A stretch of DNA of 32,000 nucleotides, taken from contig CAYJVY010000004.1 in NCBI GenBank assembly GCA_964373795.1, forward strand, positions 1 through 32,000, given 5' to 3'. Origin of the DNA: an uncultured archaeon. GTDB taxonomy: Archaea; Iainarchaeota; Iainarchaeia; Iainarchaeales; DATDZZ01. The notes beneath the pieces were generated by a model. It did not search any database and had not been told where the DNA came from. It saw nothing but the letters and a program-made list of their open reading frames with translations. A program made the translations under genes and the position numbers. Positions 7,773 to 17,264 of the stretch are shown piece after piece (within the stretch, counting starts at the first letter, position 1; the number at the start of each line of letters is the position of its first letter).

Positions 7773-10700
7773 TGAATTACTTTTTTTCCAACTTTTTTTA
7801 ATGCAGTAGACAAGTTAAGGTTAACGAATTTTTTTAACTGCTTCAATAAACGTTGTTTAGTGGAAGATTTTACAAAAGCGTTTTCCAAAACTTCATTCAA
7901 TGTTGTTACTGGAATAATTTTAATTTTTTTACTCATTTCAGGAGTTAAAACAATGTCTTCAAAATTTGATTTAGGAATAATTACTTCTTTAAAGCCTGCA
8001 ACAATTGCCGCGCTTACTTTAGCTGTAACTCCTCCTACAGGTAAAACTTCTCCTCTAACTGACAAGCTTCCAGTCATTGCCAAGCCTTGTTTAATTGGAA
8101 TTCTTTCCAAAGCAGAGATTACAGCTGTTGCAACTGAAACACTTGCAGAATCTCCTTCAACTCCTTCATAGGTTTGCAAAAACTGTATATGCAAGTCATG
8201 CTTTGAAATATCTTTTCCAGAAATTTTTTTAATTAAAGCTGAAACATTTTGAACAGCTTCTTTAGCTATTTCTCCAAGCTTTCCAGTAGCAATTAATTTT
8301 CCTTCAGCAGTACTAGAAGCAGGCGCTATTTCTGCTTCAATAGGCAATACTAATCCAGCATCCCCTGCTCCTGAAACAGCTAAACCATTAACTCTTCCAA
8401 CTGCTTGTCCTTCCCTTAAATAAACATCGTAATCTTTTTTTTGCTCAATTATTTTTGAAACCATTTGCTGTTCAAGAGTTCGAGCAGACATTTTTGCTTC
8501 AAACACGTCTTGCTCTAAAACAAGTGCATGCCCTTTTTCTTTAGCAATATCTCCTGCAGCTCTAATCAAGCCTCCTAAGTCTCTTAACTTTAAAGTTAAC
8601 TTGAATTTTCTTTGAGCTCTTTTTCTTGCCTCAAAAATAATTGCTTCAACTGCTTCTCTAGCAAAATGAGGAATTTTTCCATCCTTTGAAACCTCTTGAG
8701 CAACAAATTGCACTACTTTATTTCTATTCTCTTTATTATCAGGCATATCTAAATTCATGTAAATTTCATATCCATATCCCCTAATTCTTGAACGCAAAGC
8801 AGGATGAACATGTTTTAAGTCTTCATAGTTTCCAGCTGCAACTAAAACAAAGTCACATGGAACTGGATCAGTTCTAGTCATTGCTCCAGAAGACATTTCG
8901 CTTTGCCCAGTAATTGAATACTTTTTTTCTTGCATTGCAGTAAGCAATTCTTGTTGAGCTTTTTGAGGCAAAGTAGCAATTTCATCAATAAATAAAACTC
9001 CTCCATTAACTCTGTGAATTAATCCAGGCTCTACTCTTAAATGAGGCGGAGTTCCTAAACCTCCTGAATTTGCTGCTAAAATGTTATTAGCAATTAAGTT
9101 TCCTGATTCAGTTGTTATGTTGTAAATAATTTCATCAACCATTAGTTCATTATCTGAAAAACTAAATTCTTTTTTTTCAAGCATTTGCATTAAAGAAGAT
9201 GAAACCCTTAAAGTTGAGTTAATGGAGAAATTAGTTTTCCCTTTTTCAAGCAAGTTATTATAGTTTATTTTTTTCCACTCACTCATTTCTTTTAACGCAT
9301 TATTTAGTCTTTCAATTTTTTTATTTGAATAACTTAAAGGAATAAATTTTATAAATCGTGCAAGATTTTCTAGTTCTTTAGAAATGCATAACTTCCAAAT
9401 AAATCTTGAAGGCCTAAACTCATTTTCATAAATGTTGTTTGTTTTGATGCCATAAGAATTTAAATATCTTTTAACTTGAGACAAAAACTGGATTCTATTT
9501 TCTTTTAATTCTTTTGATCCAGCTAAGGCAACATCAAAAGTATTAAAATATTTGTGTTTTTGTGAAAACTTTGGAGAACATAATTCGTTTCCAAGAAATG
9601 CTCCAAAAAATTCTTGCAAAGATTTTTCATTCAAATAAATCCATGAAGGAATAATTAATTCCTTGTTTTTTCTGCCAAGCGGGGCTCCTAAAGCCAAAAA
9701 AAATCTAATTAATGTTCGATTAGTGCAAATTACATTTGCAGCTGTTTCATTAATACCGCTCTTCATTTCCCTTAAATTACTTTTAATTTCTTCACCAAAT
9801 AATTCAATTAAATCTTGTTTGTAATCTGAAAGTGATTCCCTTTCAGCTGAAGACAAAAAAATTCCATTCAAATTAGAAAAAACTCCTCCATCTCCAAAAG
9901 TCGTGCCAAGAATTCTAGCAACTAAATAAACTTTTGAGTGAGAAGTTGTTAAAGGCAATAAATTTTTCTTATTTAATAACTCAATTACTTTAACTGGATC
10001 GGGCTTTGAATTGGTTAAATGCCACCACCTAACCCTTCCCTTAGGAATCTCCAATTTTTTAGCCAATTTTTTATATCCAAAAAAAGGATTCTCCTTTTTG
10101 AGTTTTAAATACTCATAATAAGAGTGAGTTGACTCCTGGTCTTTTTTAGAAAAAGTTTGAATTATATCTTCTTCATCCAAAATTATTTCATCATGTAAAA
10201 AAAGTTTTGAATCAGGAAATATTTTTTCTGCTTCAACCCATTCAGTATTGGAAAAAATCTTATGTTCAGGAGTTAAAATTAATCTGTTACTATTTTTTCG
10301 AATAGAGATCATTTTTCCTGTATAAGGACGTCTATTAACAATGAAAAGTTTAACTGGTTGAATTACTCCCTCTTTAAATCCAAGAATTTTAATATCTTCT
10401 GTATCTGGAAGAATTAAACCTTCATATCCTTTTTCATTTATTTCAACTAAATTAGGGTATTTGAAAATTAAATTATCCACTAATTTTTTGATCAACATAG
10501 GTTGAACTTTATTTTTTTCATTAACCAAATAAACTGCTGTATCAGGAAAAAAAGTCTGAAGCGGATCATGCCTTACATCACCAAGTAATGATCCAGCTCT
10601 TGAACCAGTGCCATCAGCAAAAGGAGCTATTTTTTTTCCTGCATTATCAATTAAAAGTTTTGGTGTTTGCCTTGTTTCTCTTGGCTTTATTTGCGAACCT

Positions 10701-11176
10701 AAAGCTACTCCAATAATTAAAAATCCTCCTAATAGTAAAGTAGCTGCATAAATTACGTCTGAAATCCATTTCAAGCTCCACATAACGTAATTCAAAATAA
10801 ACCATGCAAAAGGCAAAAGCAATCCAATTAATCTAGCATTATCTTCAGCTGCCTTTGAATCCAACCTCATTCTGTGAATAATTTTTTTTCCTTCGCCTGC
10901 ACTCACTACTTTAACTCTTGGATTATTTGAATCAGTTGAATTAGGGTAAATTAAAATGTCATTCAATTTATTGAATGGCAGGATTTCAGCCATTGCTTGA
11001 GCTAACATTGATTTTCCAGTTCCAGGCAATCCAACTAATAAAACATTTCTTTTCTGAACAGCTGCTTTTCTAATTAATTCAACTGCAATGTCTTGTCCAA
11101 TGATTTGTTCAATTAATCCTTTTGGAACAGGAATTTCTTGAGTGCTCTTAAAATCTTTTGAAATCTCTACAACCAT
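7769..11176 (-). CDS. lonB: Archaeal membrane-bound Lon protease (LonB), interrupted by an intein
   Basis: - Walker A is GLPGTGKS.
- Two TM helices are inserted in the AAA+ module.
- GDVRHDPLQ and SGGLGTPPHLRVEPG...VLFIDEI are contiguous in other LonB proteins but separated here by 496 aa.
- The C-terminal protease domain has GDSASV.
- The extein total is 639 aa. Confidence 0.9.
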   Translation of the reverse strand: MVVEISKDFKSTQEIPVPKGLIEQIIGQDIAVELIRKAAVQKRNVLLVGLPGTGKSMLAQAMAEILPFNKLNDILIYPNSTDSNNPRVKVVSAGEGKKIIHRMRLDSKAAEDNARLIGLLLPFAWFILNYVMWSLKWISDVIYAATLLLGGFLIIGVALGSQIKPRETRQTPKLLIDNAGKKIAPFADGTGSRAGSLLGDVRHDPLQTFFPDTAVYLVNEKNKVQPMLIKKLVDNLIFKYPNLVEINEKGYEGLILPDTEDIKILGFKEGVIQPVKLFIVNRRPYTGKMISIRKNSNRLILTPEHKIFSNTEWVEAEKIFPDSKLFLHDEIILDEEDIIQTFSKKDQESTHSYYEYLKLKKENPFFGYKKLAKKLEIPKGRVRWWHLTNSKPDPVKVIELLNKKNLLPLTTSHSKVYLVARILGTTFGDGGVFSNLNGIFLSSAERESLSDYKQDLIELFGEEIKSNLREMKSGINETAANVICTNRTLIRFFLALGAPLGRKNKELIIPSWIYLNEKSLQEFFGAFLGNELCSPKFSQKHKYFNTFDVALAGSKELKENRIQFLSQVKRYLNSYGIKTNNIYENEFRPSRFIWKLCISKELENLARFIKFIPLSYSNKKIERLNNALKEMSEWKKINYNNLLEKGKTNFSINSTLRVSSSLMQMLEKKEFSFSDNELMVDEIIYNITTESGNLIANNILAANSGGLGTPPHLRVEPGLIHRVNGGVLFIDEIATLPQKAQQELLTAMQEKKYSITGQSEMSSGAMTRTDPVPCDFVLVAAGNYEDLKHVHPALRSRIRGYGYEIYMNLDMPDNKENRNKVVQFVAQEVSKDGKIPHFAREAVEAIIFEARKRAQRKFKLTLKLRDLGGLIRAAGDIAKEKGHALVLEQDVFEAKMSARTLEQQMVSKIIEQKKDYDVYLREGQAVGRVNGLAVSGAGDAGLVLPIEAEIAPASSTAEGKLIATGKLGEIAKEAVQNVSALIKKISGKDISKHDLHIQFLQTYEGVEGDSASVSVATAVISALERIPIKQGLAMTGSLSVRGEVLPVGGVTAKVSAAIVAGFKEVIIPKSNFEDIVLTPEMSKKIKIIPVTTLNEVLENAFVKSSTKQRLLKQLKKFVNLNLSTALKKVGKKVIH
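9068..10555 (-). mobile_element. Intein with LAGLIDADG-type homing endonuclease inside lonB (residues 208-703)
   Basis: Block A-like TFFPDTAVYL, block B LILTPEHKIF (TxxH), two LAGLIDADG-like motifs (LVARILGTTFGDGGV and FFGAFLGNELCS), and C-terminal GNLIANNILAAN followed by Ser +1. Boundaries were checked at the codon level: ACT at 10553-10555 and AAT at 9068-9070. Confidence 0.8.
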
Positions 11177-11274
11177 GTTATCAGTTCTAAATATAAGTAA
11201 TAATAATAGAATATAAATTTCTTTGCATGCAAAAGTCGTATATCTTTAAATAACTGAAAATTAAAGGAGATTAA

Positions 11275-12177
11275 ATGATTGCAACAATTCTCGGATCAAG
11301 TGGGTCAACTCCGACCAAGGACAGGAATTTGATTTCAGTTAATGTAAACTTTAATGGCAGAAATTATTTATTTGACTGCGGAGAAGGAACTCAAAGACAG
11401 TTAATGAAAGCCAAAATTAGTTACATGAAAATTCCATTCATTTTTTTCAGTCATTTTCATGGAGATCATTTTCTTGGTTTGCCAGGCTTGCTTGCTACAA
11501 TGTCTAGTCATCAAAGAGATTATCCTTTAACTGTTTTTGGCCCAAAAGGCATTGAAGAAAAAGTTGAAACTTCAATAAAACTTGGAATGCTTGACATTAA
11601 CTTTGAAGTGAAAGCAAAAGAATTAAAGGAAGGAATAATAGTTAAAGAAGAAAATTATTCAATTGAAGCCTTTAAATTAAAGCATCGCACTGAATGTTTT
11701 GGATTTGTATTCAAAGAAAAAGACAAAGAAGGAGAATTTCAAAGAGAAAAAGCACTCAAGCTAGGCATTCCCATTGGCCCATTATTTTCAAAACTAGTTG
11801 AAGGTAAAAGCATTACAGTTAATGGAAAAACAATTTCTCCAGAACAAGTAATTGATTTCTCTAAAAAAAGAATTGGAAAAAAAATTGCAATAGTTTACGA
11901 TACCTTGCCAATTGCTTCAATTGCAAAACATGTAAAAGAAGTTGACTTATTAATTCATGAATCAACTTTTTTAGAGGAAAACAAATCCAGAGCAAAAGAA
12001 ACCATGCATTCCACTGCATTAGATGCAGCAAAAACTGCTGCAAAAGCAAACGCAAAAAAACTAGTATTATTTCACTTCAGTGCACGCATTAAAGACACAA
12101 CAAAATTTGAAGTAGAAGCAAGAAAAGAATTCCCAAACGTAATTGCAGCAAAAGACTTAGAAGAAATTGAAATATAA
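11275..12177 (+). CDS. rnz: Ribonuclease Z (tRNA 3' endonuclease)
   Basis: 300 aa, FSHFHGDHFLGLPGLL (HxHxDH) motif, exosite-like insert, and C-terminal HFS. AGGAG lies upstream of the ATG. Confidence 0.88.
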   Translation: MIATILGSSGSTPTKDRNLISVNVNFNGRNYLFDCGEGTQRQLMKAKISYMKIPFIFFSHFHGDHFLGLPGLLATMSSHQRDYPLTVFGPKGIEEKVETSIKLGMLDINFEVKAKELKEGIIVKEENYSIEAFKLKHRTECFGFVFKEKDKEGEFQREKALKLGIPIGPLFSKLVEGKSITVNGKTISPEQVIDFSKKRIGKKIAIVYDTLPIASIAKHVKEVDLLIHESTFLEENKSRAKETMHSTALDAAKTAAKANAKKLVLFHFSARIKDTTKFEVEARKEFPNVIAAKDLEEIEI

Positions 12178-12210
12178 AATTTTGCAAGCCACAGAATAAT
12201 TAAATAAAAA

Positions 12211-12903
12211 TTATTTTTTAAACTTAAAACTTTTACCTGGCTCTAAAACTATTGCTTGTGTTTTGAGAATGGATTTTTCAATTCTTTGCACGAATTCTCT
12301 TGGATCAACTTTGATTGCTTCAAATGTATTGTAATGAATTGGAATAACATAATCTGGCTTCATGGTTTTAGTTGCTTTCACTGCATCAACTAAATCCATT
12401 GTAATTTTTCCACCAATTGGAAGCAATGCAACATCTGCTTTTAATTCTTCAAACAATTGAGTTAAAGAAGTGTCTCCTGCATGAAAAATTTTTGTGCCAT
12501 CTTTTTTAATTAAATAAGAAACAGGATAAAAAGATTTTGGATGATGAGCTGGATGAACTTCAATTTCTACTCCTCTTAAATTTTTTTTATCTCGCGCTTG
12601 AATTGGAACTAATTGACTTGCGGGAAGAGTTAATTCATTTAAAACATCTTGGGTTCCAACAACTAAAGAGTTATCTCTTTTTCCAAAAAATTCTACTGCT
12701 TTTTTATCAAAGTGATCAAATTGGTCTTGCGTTAATAAAATTAAATCAATGTTTTTCAAGTCTTCTTCTTTGAATGGATTTTTAACAATTCTTTTAAATT
12801 CTGGTTGAGTAGAAGAAGAACTAAAATAAGGGTCAACTAAGACATTCACATCTTTGAATTTTAGTTTAACAGATGAGTGCCCTAAAAACTTTATTTCAAC
12901 CAT
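12211..12903 (-). CDS. Metallo-beta-lactamase-fold hydrolase (UPF0173-like)
   Basis: MVEIKFLGHSSVKL start, then DQFDHFD, HAGDT and LPIGG motifs. I trimmed the ORF-track start (12975) to the Met at 12903, where the family-typical N-terminus begins. Confidence 0.72.
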   Translation of the reverse strand: MVEIKFLGHSSVKLKFKDVNVLVDPYFSSSSTQPEFKRIVKNPFKEEDLKNIDLILLTQDQFDHFDKKAVEFFGKRDNSLVVGTQDVLNELTLPASQLVPIQARDKKNLRGVEIEVHPAHHPKSFYPVSYLIKKDGTKIFHAGDTSLTQLFEELKADVALLPIGGKITMDLVDAVKATKTMKPDYVIPIHYNTFEAIKVDPREFVQRIEKSILKTQAIVLEPGKSFKFKK

Positions 12904-13058
12904 TAAACCCCTTAATAAGAGGTAGTAAACAATAGTATTTAAATTCGACTCAAAAATTAATTTTATAATTAACAAGAATTAATGTCCCTTTTTCGAGTTA
13001 GAAAAAATATTTATACTTAAAAAAACAATAGATTATTAAAATAAATAAGGGTGAAGAA

Positions 13059-13832
13059 TTGAATAAATACTTGATTTTAATTGCATTAATTTTATTTATC
13101 ACGGCAAATGCAAGCGGGCTTGCTTTAACAAAGCATGAAATAGCAATTCAACTCCAATCAAATGGATTTGCATTCTTTAAAGAAAAATATTTTCTAGATT
13201 TAAATGCAGAAGAAAAAGAAACCTTTTTGAAAGCAATTCAAAAAAATGGAAAAGACTTTATTTCATGGAAACTAGGCTATGAATTTATTTATCCAAGATT
13301 TAAAGGAATAAGAGACAATTTAACAAACATTGAAAACGTGGTATTCAATGAACAAGAAAAAACCCTAGAAATAGGTTATGAAAGAGACAGAGAAATAGCA
13401 TTGCAAAAAGAGGAAGATGTTAGAAAAACTGTTTGGAGTATTTCAGAAAACGAATTCAAAGAATTTGTTTCAGGAACTACTTTCAATATTCCTGAAACAA
13501 CTTTAATTGAAATTCAGTTGCCTGAAAAAGGAAGTGTATTAAGAGATAAAACAACTCCTGAAATTGTTGTCGATGGAAGAAATTTAAGTATTAGTAAATT
13601 TCAGGGAAGCAGTTTAAAGATGTGGTATTCAATTGAAAAACCAATTGCTCCAACAATAAAAATAAATGAATTAATTGAAGAATTTTTAAAAAATAAAATA
13701 AATCAATTCTTTTTACTTGTAGCAGTAATACTAGTTATATTATTATTTGTTTTAAGAAAACCAGTAATCAAAAAAGTAGAAGAATATGTAGTGGAAAACT
13801 CTGAAATAGAAAAAGAGGAAAAAGAAGAGTGA
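13059..13832 (+). CDS. Hypothetical secreted protein with a C-terminal membrane anchor and acidic tail
   Basis: TTG start preceded by GGGTGA. Has a signal-peptide-like N-terminus, a C-terminal TM helix (FFLLVAVILVILLFVL), and a Glu/Lys tail. No family recognised. Confidence 0.5.
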   Translation: MNKYLILIALILFITANASGLALTKHEIAIQLQSNGFAFFKEKYFLDLNAEEKETFLKAIQKNGKDFISWKLGYEFIYPRFKGIRDNLTNIENVVFNEQEKTLEIGYERDREIALQKEEDVRKTVWSISENEFKEFVSGTTFNIPETTLIEIQLPEKGSVLRDKTTPEIVVDGRNLSISKFQGSSLKMWYSIEKPIAPTIKINELIEEFLKNKINQFFLLVAVILVILLFVLRKPVIKKVEEYVVENSEIEKEEKEE

Positions 13833-13836
13833 ATTA

Positions 13837-14196
13837 ATGCTTGAAGGAATGCAAAAAAATTTAATAATAATTACTTTAGTAATCGGAGGAACACTTTTTG
13901 CATTAGAGTTAATGCAAACAAGCAAAATAATTGATTTAGATTTAGGGTTACTAATTCCTTTAAGTCTTATTTTAATCGGAGTCATTACAGGAATTTATTA
14001 CTCTCAAACAGGGAATATTGCTTTTTTCTTTATTGCAATTGGATTAATTGTAACAGGACTGCTTACTTCAAACGAAACAGGACTCAAATGGGGAGCAGAA
14101 TTAGTAACACCAATAACTGTTTTTGTATTAATTTTTTTAATTGCTTTAAGAATAGCAGTTAAAGCATTAAAACTCGAACCTACAAGTAAGTCATAA
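13837..14196 (+). CDS. Small integral membrane protein (about 4 TM)
   Basis: Begins 4 nt after the preceding stop and is hydrophobic throughout. No family recognised. Confidence 0.5.
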   Translation: MLEGMQKNLIIITLVIGGTLFALELMQTSKIIDLDLGLLIPLSLILIGVITGIYYSQTGNIAFFFIAIGLIVTGLLTSNETGLKWGAELVTPITVFVLIFLIALRIAVKALKLEPTSKS

Positions 14197-14551
14197 CAAT
14201 ACTTAAACCAATTAAAGTTGTAAGCAAAAAAGTCAAAATATGTTTTTCTAATTTAGTTCCAACTAAAAATGTTTCAAGAACTATGTTGACAATGAAAATT
14301 AATGCAGCAAAAGGCAAAGGAATTTGAAACAATAAGAAAAACAAAACCAATGCATACATGTTTCCTCCCCAAAAAAATATTTTTTCAATTAATAATGTTT
14401 TCCAAGAAGGGTCTTTTGGAAACAAGAATACAATGAATGCAAGAACTCCAAAAACCCAAAACAAATTATTAAATGCAACGTACAATAAGTCTCCAAATCT
14501 TAATTGAATGAAGCTAAAGAATACTTCCAATAAATCAACGCCAAAAGCCAT
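14180..14551 (-). CDS. Small integral membrane protein, paralog of 14763..15137
   Basis: Shares N(L/V)FW(V/I)F...F(L/F)FPK(D/K) and the overall TM layout with 14763..15137. Translationally coupled (TAATG) to the upstream ORF. Confidence 0.5.
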   Translation of the reverse strand: MAFGVDLLEVFFSFIQLRFGDLLYVAFNNLFWVFGVLAFIVFLFPKDPSWKTLLIEKIFFWGGNMYALVLFFLLFQIPLPFAALIFIVNIVLETFLVGTKLEKHILTFLLTTLIGLSIVMTYL

Positions 14552-14754
14552 TAAGATTTCCCCTCAAATCTTTTTCTTACATCAAAAAATTGATATAAAA
14601 GACTTACAATAAATAAATATAAAGAAGCAAATCCAAACCAAGTGAAAAAAATTGATTTAAATAAATTAATTTCTAGAACAGCTAAAAATTCTAGTAAAAA
14701 AATTATTGCAATTGAAACATACAAACTTACAATCAATGTTTTTAATACAGCCAT
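14551..14754 (-). CDS. Small membrane protein (2 TM)
   Basis: 67-aa hydrophobic ORF lying between the two paralogs, with a stop/start overlap to the downstream gene. Confidence 0.42.
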   Translation of the reverse strand: MAVLKTLIVSLYVSIAIIFLLEFLAVLEINLFKSIFFTWFGFASLYLFIVSLLYQFFDVRKRFEGKS

Positions 14755-14762
14755 TTTCTCGC

Positions 14763-15137
14763 CTAAATTATGTTAACTAAAAATAAATTATAAATAATCA
14801 TTGCAGCAACTAATTGCAATCCTAAAATTAATGGAAAGTAAGGCTTCAAAGACTCAATTGATTCAGTGAACATCAATAAAGCCATTCTGAAAAGATAATG
14901 GAATGCCAAAAATGTTGCAGACAATATTCCCCAACCAGAAAGATTTGTAAAATCCAAGGCAACAAACACGGCAAAAATTACTAAAATAAATCCAGTAAAC
15001 AAGTTTTTTTTAGGGAAAAAGTAAAAACCAGTAGCTGCAAAAGCGAAAATCCAAAAAACATTAGCTAAAATAAAGTGTGCAAACCAGGCTAAGTCAAACT
15101 GTAAAAACCTTAACAGTATCTCAAAAATGTAAAGCAT
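14763..15137 (-). CDS. Small integral membrane protein, paralog of 14180..14551
   Basis: 124 aa and about 4 TM, with the same conserved NVFWIF...FFPKK segment as 14180..14551. Confidence 0.5.
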   Translation of the reverse strand: MLYIFEILLRFLQFDLAWFAHFILANVFWIFAFAATGFYFFPKKNLFTGFILVIFAVFVALDFTNLSGWGILSATFLAFHYLFRMALLMFTESIESLKPYFPLILGLQLVAAMIIYNLFLVNII

Positions 15138-15248
15138 GCGTAACGCTATCCTTCTAATAAAATAGCGAATCCACAGTATATAAAGTTATTCATTAACTGA
15201 AACGAGTGAACAAAAATCACGTTTCAAAGGAATTCGCTTTTTGACGAA

Positions 15249-15665
15249 TTATTGCTTTTCCTTGAATTTTATTTTTTTCTTTATTCCTTGCATTAAAATT
15301 GGTTGAAAAGAGATTTTCAAATGCTTTAAAGCGTTTTGAATTGAATAATCATCTGTTAAAACAACTACTTTTTGATTTTGTTCTTGTAACTCTAAGGCTA
15401 GTGCAAGAATGCTTTCATCTTCCTTGGATAAAACTGAATGAATTTTTTGCAAAAAGGTTTTGACTTTTTGAATTGAAGTTTTTTCTGGATCGCGAATTTC
15501 AAGCAAGTTTTGATGTAAAGCGTTTTCAATTAATGCTTTTGATTGAAAGTCTTTTAATTCATTTAAAACATTTGAAGTAATAAAATATTTTTTCTTTGAA
15601 TCAAATGAGAATAACTCGTTATTTAAAATTGCAGATGCATCTAATAAGTAAATCATTTCAATCAA
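15249..15665 (-). CDS. PIN-domain protein, Nob1-like (putative rRNA 3'-end endonuclease) lacking a zinc ribbon
   Basis: LLDASAIL (first acidic residue), NVLNELKD, LSKEDESILALALEL and VLTDDYSIQNALKHL resemble the archaeal Nob1 PIN domain. The ORF ends without a Cys-rich C-terminal module. Confidence 0.55.
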   Translation of the reverse strand: MIEMIYLLDASAILNNELFSFDSKKKYFITSNVLNELKDFQSKALIENALHQNLLEIRDPEKTSIQKVKTFLQKIHSVLSKEDESILALALELQEQNQKVVVLTDDYSIQNALKHLKISFQPILMQGIKKKIKFKEKQ

Positions 15666-15728
15666 ATAAATGATATTTAAATGTTTTTATAATAGTTATT
15701 AATTAGTGTTTGCGTTTTCGGTGGAGAA

Positions 15729-17264
15729 ATGAATTTACATAAAATAGTTGAAGAATTAAGTGAAATTGAAAAAACTGTTTTACTATTGTTAACTGAAGAA
15801 AAACATAGCTTGCATGAAATTGAAGCAAAAACTGATTTAAATAAAGACTCCATAATGAGGGCAATTGCTTGGCTTAATCAAAAAGAATTAGCTGAAGTAT
15901 TTGAAGAAAAAATTAAAGTAATAGAGTTAACCTTGGAAGGAAAAAAAGCTTTCAATGAAGGATTAATTGAAAAAAAATTCATTCAAAAAATTAAAGACTT
16001 AAATGGCAAAACAGTTTTAAGTAAATTAAAAGAATCAAACGAATTTGGAAACGAATTAAACTTTGTTTTAGGTCATGCAAAAAAAAATGCTTGGGTTTCA
16101 ATTCTAAAAAAAGGCAATGACTTAGAGGTAGAGTTAACTGGTTTAGAAAAAGATTTACTGCAAGGAAATTATAAAGAAGAAAAACTCATTCACAGAATTG
16201 GAAAAGAAAAACCTTTAGAAAAAAAATTAACTGAAGAAGAACTGCAAACATTTAAAGAATTAAATAAAAGAGGATTAGTAATTGAAGAAGAAAAAATTCA
16301 TAGAAAAATAAGAATTTCCAATGAAGGAAAAAAAGCGCGTGAATTATTTCAGTTTGCTAAAAACGAAATAAATACTTTAAGCAGAAAAGAATTAATTTCA
16401 CAGGAATGGAAAAACAAAGGATTTAGAAAATATAATATTCAAGACCCTGTTCCAGAAATTTGGGCAGGAAAAAGACAACCATATATTCAATTTCTTTCAC
16501 AAATCCGACGCAAACTTGTGGAACTTGGATTCAAAGAAATGTTTGCTCCAACAATTGTTTCAGAATTTTATAATTTCGATGTGCTTTTCCAACCACAAAA
16601 TCATCCTGCAAGAACTTGGACTGACACTTATCAATTGAAACAACCTCAATTTGGAAAGCTTCCTGATAGAAAAATTGTACAAGCTGTCAGGGCAGCTCAT
16701 GAAACAGGAGGAGTTTCAGCTTCCTCTGGATGGGGTTATCAATGGAGTGAAGAAATTGCTTCCAAATTAATGCCTTCAGCTCACGCTACTGCACATTCCG
16801 CAAGACAAATTGTTCAAGGAATAAAAATTCCTGGAAAATATTTTGCAATTGCTCGCTGTTACAGGCCTGATGTGATAGATGCAACTCATTTAGTTGAATT
16901 CAATCAAATGGATGGATTCATTGCAGGCGAAGAGTTGAATTTCAGGCACTTGTTAGGAATTTTGAAACAATTCGCTGTAGAGGTTGCTGGTGCGGAAAAA
17001 GTAAGATTTTATCCAGATTATTATCCTTTCACAGAGCCTTCAGTTCAATTGTCAGCAAAACACCCAGAACTTGGATGGATTGAATTCGCTGGAGCAGGAA
17101 TTTTCAGGCCTGAAATGACTGAAAACCAAGGAATTAAATGCCCAGTAATTGCATGGGGAATTGGAATTGACAGATTGGCAATGTTCAAACTCGGCATTCG
17201 CGACATTAGACATTTGTTTTCAGAGGACTTGAATTACTTACGCAACGCGAAGATGGTGGATTAA
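15729..17264 (+). CDS. pheS: Phenylalanine--tRNA ligase alpha subunit
   Basis: N-terminal winged-helix repeats, then a class II core: FQPQNHPAR, RCYRPDVIDATHLVEFNQMDG, GAGIFRPEM and WGIGIDRLAM. GGTGGAG lies upstream of the ATG. Confidence 0.92.
   Translation: MNLHKIVEELSEIEKTVLLLLTEEKHSLHEIEAKTDLNKDSIMRAIAWLNQKELAEVFEEKIKVIELTLEGKKAFNEGLIEKKFIQKIKDLNGKTVLSKLKESNEFGNELNFVLGHAKKNAWVSILKKGNDLEVELTGLEKDLLQGNYKEEKLIHRIGKEKPLEKKLTEEELQTFKELNKRGLVIEEEKIHRKIRISNEGKKARELFQFAKNEINTLSRKELISQEWKNKGFRKYNIQDPVPEIWAGKRQPYIQFLSQIRRKLVELGFKEMFAPTIVSEFYNFDVLFQPQNHPARTWTDTYQLKQPQFGKLPDRKIVQAVRAAHETGGVSASSGWGYQWSEEIASKLMPSAHATAHSARQIVQGIKIPGKYFAIARCYRPDVIDATHLVEFNQMDGFIAGEELNFRHLLGILKQFAVEVAGAEKVRFYPDYYPFTEPSVQLSAKHPELGWIEFAGAGIFRPEMTENQGIKCPVIAWGIGIDRLAMFKLGIRDIRHLFSEDLNYLRNAKMVD

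Noticed and set aside
2847-12773. Other antisense ORF-track entries: 2847..3254+, 4596..4805+, 5243..5428+, 6605..6949-, 7860..8171+, 11861..12055- and 12537..12773+
   Set aside because: Each lies wholly inside, or largely overlaps, a recognisable gene on the opposite strand (Csl4, lipoprotein, stomatin, DUF373, Lon, RNase Z, MBL hydrolase) and has a low-complexity composition.
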